From the NCBI GenBank assembly GCA_964016885.1, contig OZ024742.1:16306001-16370000 (forward strand): a stretch of DNA of 64,000 bases, given 5' to 3'. Both the position numbers and the translations under genes were made by a program. Positions 55,925-64,000 of the stretch are shown here, one piece after another; positions within the stretch are counted from its first letter, which is position 1, and each line of letters opens with the position of its first letter. Under the pieces are notes generated by a model. It was not told the origin of the DNA and did not search any database. It saw only the letters and a program-made list of their open reading frames with translations. Origin of the DNA: Eledone cirrhosa (taxonomy: Eukaryota).

Positions 55925-57487
55925 AGGAACCAGTAAGACCCCGACAGCTGAGCTCAAGCCGTTTCGACGGCTAATTTCTGGACTAAATGAAATTTATCCT
56001 GGTATTTAAATAGCCGATCTTCTCAAGGGGTAATTCCATATATGGTCAAAGTGATTGTCAAAAATCAGGTAGTAATTCTGTGGTTGCAAATTAGTAGGGG
56101 AGATGGTGGCTAAACTGCCAGTAGGAGAAAGAGGGGAGGGGGTGGAGTAGACCCAATCAAGCGTTGGTAGTGCCAGCTACAGCTGGCATGAGGTCAAAGA
56201 AGATACAGGGGAGGGGGAGGGGGAGGGGGAGGAAGTCGGAACGGTAGGTAGAACAATGGGGGGTAGAAATAGGAAAGAAAAAATACTGAGAGTGAAGAAA
56301 AGCAAATAAGTGTAAAGGAAAAAGGTAAAGTAAATTAAATTCTACGACCTAGGTGTCAGGCTATTGTTAGGCGAGAATAAATAAAGAAAGAAAGAAAGAA
56401 GTAAATAAATAAATAAATAAATAAGGAAATAAGTAAGAGAACTAGGTGGGACGGATAAGGCAAGGACCCTTTTAAGAGGTATAAGTACGTAAATGATACG
56501 GTGACGGGTCAACAAAAGGGGCCAAAATACTAAAGAGACTACCACGAAATAAACAATAAGGTTTCCATCCCGGGCCAGCAACGACCCAGTGCAGCAAAGT
56601 GAACTTGTACGAGATAATAATTCTGAGTCCCGAGAAAAATATATACTAATGCTAACTCTAAAAGATCTAAAACAAGCTACATGAAAGTTCGTACGAAATA
56701 AAGGTAGAATACGGAGAAATAAATTCAGAATCCACCCCGCCCAGAAGAAAAGCGAAGCAAGAAATACTGAAACGAAAAATAAGGCATGTGCCACTAAGAA
56801 ATATAGAGGGCACAGAGATAGTGGGAGCGGTCGGAAAAAAGGGGGAAAGTATCCGGGATCTAAGCCAACTGCTATAAAGGGCGGAGTCCGCAAATCTATC
56901 AAAGACTAGGGGGGGGGGGGTACTAAGGCTACATGGGGGCCAAAGGGCAGCCTCGGGTGGGCGAGAAAAGACGCCGACAAAGGAGAAGAGCTGGGGTAGA
57001 AGGACAAAGGAGAGAGGGGGGAAGGAAATAAAGGAAGCGATAAAAGAATACAAAGAAGATCTTACGTCTTCCTTGGCAAGCAGGGTTACCCATTGCAAAA
57101 TCGGGCAACTGGGGTGTTATAGCCCTAGTCTACCCCCCCGGGTCATTATGGGGTTTGAGGGCGAGGTAAGTCCTACGCAATCTATGTTTACATGCGGTAA
57201 CCAGTTCATCTTCTTGTTTAGGAGTTGGTCCGTCGAAAACAGCATTTGTAAAGTTTCCTCCGAGCATAAATTGCACGGACGGCGTCTCCCGTGTAAGAAT
57301 TGGCTCTGGACAGTAATCTCCAAGTGAGATCATAGGTGATGTTGTTGTCCTTGAGGTCCCATATGTGGCCCGAAAGTGTAGTGGCGTGACGCCGGGCCGG
57401 GTTTCGGAAGGTATGTCTATGTTGGTATAGCCGGGTCTTGAAGTCACATGCGGTAAGTCCTATATAGGCTTTGTTGGAGGTATCCGT
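55925..57487 (-). mobile_element. PLE 3' portion: GIY-YIG end (57130-57487), ~1.1-kb 3' UTR and terminal hammerhead; runs into an assembly gap
   Basis: AYIGLTACDFKTRLYQH..LSGHIWDLKD..CNLCSEE..ACKH. Confidence 0.85.
55938..56031 (-). ncRNA. Type I hammerhead with U3:A8 core, family C
   Basis: Minus strand: ACCCC TTGAGAA GAtCGGCTA...TAGCCGTC GAAAC GGCtTGAGCTCAGCT GTC GGGGT. Confidence 0.8.
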
Positions 57488-57687
57488 NNNNNNNNNNNNN
57501 NNNNNNNNNNNNNNNNNNNNNNNNNNNNNNNNNNNNNNNNNNNNNNNNNNNNNNNNNNNNNNNNNNNNNNNNNNNNNNNNNNNNNNNNNNNNNNNNNNNN
57601 NNNNNNNNNNNNNNNNNNNNNNNNNNNNNNNNNNNNNNNNNNNNNNNNNNNNNNNNNNNNNNNNNNNNNNNNNNNNNNNNNNNNNNN
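57488..57687. other. Assembly gap (200 N)
   Basis: Run of N. Confidence 1.
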
Positions 57688-59020
57688 ATATTGCATGGCA
57701 TACACATACACACAATATACACGTAGACACGCACACAGACACAAATATACACACAATATACATGTAGATACACATACAGACACAAACATACACACATACT
57801 TACACACACACACACAATATATATATATATATATACACACACATACCCCCCCCCCCACACACACATACACTATACCTGTTGACACACACACAAATACACT
57901 ACATGAAATAGACACGCACACATACATTTATACACACAAATACACACACAAATACACAGACAAAACACACACAGATACACACAAAAATACAAACGCACAA
58001 ACGGACACACACATATACACGACATGGAATAGAGTCCCCCCCCCCCCCCAACAAAAAAAATAGAAAACGCACACAGACGCCAACACACACATACACACAC
58101 ACACACACACATACGCCAACACACACAGACACACGCAAAAATATAGACACAGAGAAATATAGAGAGATTTTCTAGGAAATGCTCTCAAGATGAATATTGA
58201 AGTAAATAGATAGTTGTAAAGATAATAAAAGGAGATGAGCAGCGATGGAATGTGTCGTCTGCGAATAAAGACCAGAGAAAATACGAGACAAATATGGCGT
58301 ACAGTAAAACTGAAATATATTGTTATGGAAGTTGAACTAGGAGTAGCGGAGTTCAAATACTAGATGTGATAGAGATCGTATATATATATATATATATTTG
58401 TTATTAACATACACACACACATACACACACTTACACACATACACACACTTACACACACACACTTACTCACACATACACGCACTTATACACACCCACTTAC
58501 ACACACACACATACACACATACACACACATATACACACACATACACACACTTACACACACTTACACACACATACACACTTACACAAATACATACACACAT
58601 TTACACACACATACACACAATTACCCACACATACACACACATACATACACTTACACACACATACACACACTTACAGACACTTACCCACACGCTCACACAT
58701 ACACAATCAGAGACGCATTTCCCTCCACCACCTTGTGTACTTATGTGAACTTGTAACAGTATATTTTAAATTGATTGATGGGTGTATATAATATACATAC
58801 ATACATATCTATCTATCTTGATAGAGTAAGACACGCTTCACATCGGCTCCGCTATTCCATCGGGATTTACCCTTACTATTGTAAGTACCGGATACATTTT
58901 TCAGTGCAACACATTTGGAACACTAACCCCTGTTATTTAGGGAAACATTTTTGCATTTACCCCCTTTTTAGGGGGTAAAATAAATATCTAATTTTGCCGA
59001 AAAATTTCGTTCTTGGCAGC

Positions 59021-60819
59021 ATGGCGGAAAAGATGGCAGACATGTCTGCCATTAGCTCTGCCACGCCCCCCAAGTCTGAAGAACAAAAAATAATTACAAC
59101 AAAATTAGACAACGAAACAAACAAAGAAAATGAAAAAACAAATGTTAAGGAAAATGAGCAAACGGAAAACAAACAAACAGAAAATAATACAAATAACAAC
59201 AGGGCAACTTTCGCCCAGAAAACAAAACAATCCATTACATACACACCAATTGACCTAACGGCTGCCAGAGAAAAACTGGCCGAAGCAAAGAAACACATTG
59301 TTTTGGGGGAAAACGGAATGTTTTCCATTAACTCCCCCCCATAATTCAAGAAAGCGAGAACAGAGAACACAGTTCTCTTCAGAACAATCCTAAACCAAAC
59401 AAGAAAGCCAGCACAGCCCAGCCAAATGGAGATAGAGTTGGTCCTAAAAGACTATTTGAAGAATATTCTCTTCATACGAAAGGACCGACTCCATGGCAGC
59501 ATTTCGGTCCTAACAAAAGACAAGGAAACGGCGGAGAAGCTTTCCATAAGCCCACTCTCATCGACAACATACAGCTTCTATCCCTCCTACATGGGTAGAA
59601 GAACACAGAGAGTAAAAATACAAACAATGCTGCCCACAATGGACTTCTGGTGGGCTATTGCTGGCTTCATAGACATGGGCGAGGACACAGTGCTGTCAAT
59701 GGGGAAGGCATCCGGAGATGCGTTCCTGGGAATGGGCCTCGACCTACTAGTCCAAATGAGGCCCGAAAGAATAGCACAAATCCCGGATCGCATCTGGCTG
59801 GATGAGATCACCCCAATAGATATAATTGTAGAGGGGAGAAGACCAGCATGCTATTTATGCACGGAAAGGGGACACATTAAGGCTAACTGCCCGAAACGTA
59901 TCCCCCCAAAAGGACTATTGCCCACACCCATCACAAACAGTACACCAACACCACCCACCTCCAAAAATACACTAATACCACACACAGCAAACAAAATACA
60001 AACACCACCAAGCACAACACAAACATCACCACCACAATCAGCACCACCATCACCAACACAAACACCACCACCACCATTACCAACCACAAGCACGACACAA
60101 ACAGCACCACCACCACCACAAAACGCATTCCAAACAAATAATAAAAAAAACAGCAACAAATCTACCCCTCCCGCAAAAAAAAAACAACCAGACACGACGT
60201 CCCTCCCACCTAGCGCTGAAGAGTTTCCCCCAACTTCTGAAGAAGAAGGAGGAGAAGCCTTCAGACAAGTTAAAAGAGAAAAAAGAAAGCACACACCCAG
60301 CACACCACAAATAACCCACACACAAACACCAACTCCAATAAAAAACACCCCACCCTCAACAAACAAAAATAAATCTGCGCCTCCCCTCTCCGAAATATTG
60401 ACAGCATCACAAAAAAGACATTGCAATACACATATATAAATAAAGAAAACAAAAAACTGTTTAAATTAATAAACAATAGCCCTTTGGTGCAAACCGAAGA
60501 GCCAAACTTTATCTCAACAGAGAACTTCACCCATTTAAAAATGATAAAGGTCCCTCTGGACCTGTATCGTTCCTTAAAAGAACAATTTAGACAGGACGTG
60601 AGCCCCCCCTGTTTAAAACCGTTAAATCGCGTCCTCTTGAAAGATTTCCCCATAACCGCCCCTCTCCCTGACACAACTCCAAACACCCCAACCCCACCAC
60701 ACTCGGGCGCCCCCACACCACCACAAAACATCCCTCTACCCAACACACCTGACGCCATGGAAATTACACAGCCCGGAGAGGTAGTTGCTTTTCTTTCTTC
60801 ACTTTCAACACCAAAATAA
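59021..60819 (+). pseudogene. LINE ORF1 (CCHC knuckle, Pro/Thr-rich), interrupted
   Basis: Three consecutive ORF pieces. Confidence 0.75.
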
Positions 60820-60824
60820 ATCAA

Positions 60825-62030
60825 TTGAGAGTTGGCTGTTTGAACGCGCGTGGCCTGGGCTCAGCTTGGAAGCAAGCAAAGCTACTAAGTGACCTCAGGT
60901 CACGAAGTATAGATGTGATGGTTGTTTGCGAGAGTCGGATCAGCAGCGTGCGACAGCTGGCTCCCGCCTTCGATGACTTTGAGATGCACGCATCTCTCTG
61001 TCAACCCGGAGGCGGGGGGGGGGGGGGGGGTTGCCGTACTGCTGGATAAACGTCTGGCTCTCGACGTACAGATTGTTCACTCGGACCCGGGGGGGTCGAT
61101 TACTGGTGCTGGACGTCGGAGGCGGTGAAGGCGGGGCTTTCAGACTGGTCGGTCTTTATGCCCCCTTCGGGGCTGAAAGAGCCGACATCTTCCAGCGACT
61201 GGAGACTTTTCTAGGAACGTCGCGTTCCCTGCTTTTAGTGGGAGACTGGAATGGAATCCTAGATGCGCGTTGGAACTATGCAGGGGCATGTCCCGATAGA
61301 GAGGGGTGTAGCAGCCTTAAGGGGTTACTCGATCGATTCGACCTGGTCGATAGATTTCGACTAGATTGTCCAACTGCGCCAACCTGGACCTGGGCAAACC
61401 GCAGTGGACAATCTAGATCGTACCTAGATAGGTTTTTGCTTAGGAGTAAGGATAGGGACGTATTTAGTTGTCCAGAATTGATCATGGTTGGCTATACAGA
61501 TCAAAAATTAGTGACCTGCGTGGTCAACCTTGATAGAAGGCATAGACAGGGTCCCGGTTACTGGAAGATGAACTTGTCCTTGCCGGCAAAGAAAGATTAC
61601 AGGAACCGGATTAGTAGCTTAGTTAAGATGCGGTTGACGGGAGCGATCGTCAACAGTAGGTGGTGGGTATCTCTAAAGAGAGAGATTAGAGTAAGTTCGA
61701 TAGGTTACAGTAAGGAACTAGCGGCGAATAAAAATAGAAGGGAAAGGGAGTTGACAGATAAACTAGAAGAGGCGATTAGGAGCGGAGACGTAGCCAGAGT
61801 GTTAGCGGCGAGAACGGCGTTGAGCCAGTTCTTTGACGCGAAGCACGAAGGCTGCGTTGTCCGAAGTAAAATACGTGCTTTAGGAAACGAGAGGACCAAA
61901 GCTGTTAGCTGGGCCCGCGTGACAGAAGCCAAGAGTGGGATTAAATCCACCATTCGGTCTTTGCGAGACCAGGTTGGACGGGTGATCCTTGAACCTGAGC
62001 GGATGTGCGAGGCCTTTCAAAACTTTCAAA
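60825..62030 (+). pseudogene. LINE ORF2 APE endonuclease and linker, with frameshifts near a poly-G run
   Basis: APE endonuclease motifs. Confidence 0.88.
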
Positions 62031-62227
62031 ACTTTCAAAACTTTTTTGTTGTTACCCTGGCGTCCCCTTTGTTTACGTGTCCCAACGACTTTTTTTAGCC
62101 GTTGTTCGCACCAACCTGAGGCATATGGCCCTTAAAGCGATGAAATGCCCAGGACGGTTGGAGGGTCACTGATGAAGGACTCACTTTTTCATATGTATCC
62201 CATTTGCAACGCCGCAGCTCCATTATT

Positions 62228-62359
<132 letters not shown>

Positions 62360-62378
62360 ATTATATTGTGTATATATA

Positions 62379-62431
<53 letters not shown>

Positions 62432-62619
62432 ATATTTGGGGAGGGTCATATTTGCGTAATATTGCCAGAATTAATAACAGAACACACTCACTGTTTGGTT
62501 GGTTTTCGCTTCTCGCTGTCTTTTATATATATATATCTGCGATCTAACTTACTCGGTCCTCAATGTTGCCATTGACTGACCGGCGGTCAAAAATAATACA
62601 GATACAATATAGACAAACA

Positions 62620-63750
62620 CATATATATATAGTTTACATAATTTACATAAATCTTTCGTTGGACATCTGCAACATCGTCAGTGGTGTTATATTCATTGTT
62701 CCTCCTGTTGTGTTGTATGTCTACGCCATTTTTTTTTGTTCAGTCTGTCTATATATTTATTTATTTATTTGCTTGTTTGTTTATCTTATTTTATTTTGTC
62801 TTCTTTGCGCATGCGTTTGCGTGTGTGTATAGTGTTATGTGTGATGTGTGACTAGTGTGTATAGTGTTGTGTCTGCTGGGTGACTAGTGTGTGTTTATGT
62901 GCTTGTGTATGTATTTATTTATCTTATTTTATTTTATTTAATTTACTTATTTATTTATACTTCTCTTAGGTCAGTGTTGTTTGTTTGGGTGTTGTTGTTG
63001 TTCCACTCATTCTTTCTGTTTAGCTTTGGTCTTCTAATTTCTATGTCACTGGCCTCTCTGATTTGCCTATCTGCTGGGTCATTCCTATGTTTAGATATTA
63101 TTCTAATTTCTATGTTGTCTATGTTACCGTCATGTTGTTGTCTAGCATGTTCGTATAGTACTGACCCGTTTTTTCGTCCTTTTAGTTCCCCCCAGTGTTG
63201 GTCTATCCTTTCACCTATGCTACGAGCTGTCTCACCTATGTATGTTGTTGTCGTGTTTCTGCAAGTACCCTCTGTACATCTTATACTATAGACTACGTTT
63301 CTAGTTTTACAGTTTATCCGGGGGTTCACCTTACATATGATACATTTCCTATTGGTACAGTGGGTTTTCTTAAAAGGGTAGGTTTTGCTGATCAGGGATT
63401 TTATGGTGGTTCCTGGCTTTTCTACCACCTTTATTTTTAAGTGGGTCTTTCTCAGGGCCTTTCTACACTGGTTAGCTAATTTCCCTCCAGGGGTGGCGTC
63501 CACAAACATGACACTCTGATATCTCTGGTTGTCGTACCATGATGTGGCCTTCCCTATCTTATGTCTAGCCCTATCTAAGCTATTCCATGATTTGCTCCTG
63601 TATAGTGGGCAAATTCCTTTCATGTCCAGTTCTATGAGGGTCTTATACTTTTCCATGGCTCCTTCGTATACTCTGACTCTGTCTCTTTGGTTGTAGCCAG
63701 AGAACTGCATGCGGTTGATGAAGTGTTGGATGTGTCCTTCCATTTCTGTT
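62620..63750 (-). mobile_element. 5'-truncated PLE of a different clade (CxxC-type linker) with a hammerhead-like motif at 62645-62684
   Basis: ORF 62955-63743: SGY..CTNRKCIIC..NVVYSIRC..C..YIGETARSIGERIDQH..H..REA..LNRKNEW; minus strand CA CTGACGA tGTTGcA gatg TcCAAC GAAA GATT TA TG. Confidence 0.85.
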
Positions 63751-63840
63751 AATATCGTATATATCGTTTCATTTAATATCGTATATATATATATATATAC
63801 GATATTAAATAAATGGAAACTATATTTATAAAACCATATT

Positions 63841-63906
63841 TATTTCATTATATATATTTCAGGGATATCATATTAAAAATATGTTATGCCTTCTTCAGAC
63901 AAAATA
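63841..63906 (-). ncRNA. Type I hammerhead motif, family B
   Basis: Minus strand: TATTTTGT CTGAAGA AGGcATAaCATATT ttt AATATGaTATcCCT GAAA TATATA TA ATGAAATA. Confidence 0.78.
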
Positions 63907-64000
63907 CAATATAAACAGTCTTATAAATAGATAGATTCGACATACCTTTCAACTTCGACTTCTATTTGAAAAGTTGATTTGGCAGTGAAAAAATATTAGG

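Larger units (their letters stand above)
58920..62045 (+). mobile_element. Second Tx1/L1-clade LINE, 3'-truncated before the RT
   Basis: ORF1 VEGRRPACYLCTERGHIKANC; ORF2 VGCLNARGL..LVGDWN..SYLDR..GPGYWKMN, homologous to 29613-32971. Confidence 0.9.

Overview
AT-rich eukaryotic DNA with no supportable host gene. The microsatellite load and SINE types suggest a cephalopod/octopus-like genome (inference). Long (TA)n, (CA)n, (TATG)n and (ACA)n tracts are packed with transposon debris: Penelope-like elements (PLEs, mostly Naiad-like with DKT and CxCx5C motifs), including one near-complete 7.8-kb element with a partial-tandem pLTR and an inverted second copy; two Tx1/L1-clade LINEs; RTE fragments; tRNA-derived SINEs with target-site duplications (TSDs); deleted mariners; a non-coding two-LTR element with a tRNA-Trp-like primer-binding site (PBS); and two minisatellites. 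The most striking signal is about 20 type I hammerhead-ribozyme (HHR) motifs from about 10 unrelated sequence families. They sit in PLE termini and in 100-700 bp stand-alone inserts within (TA)n. They show stem covariation, a recurring U3:A8 core swap, a conserved C.C mismatch in stem II and a shared downstream YGAGTRCTY motif, and many form fold-back palindromes whose axes often lie on ribozyme hairpins. All folds were read by eye and none was computed.
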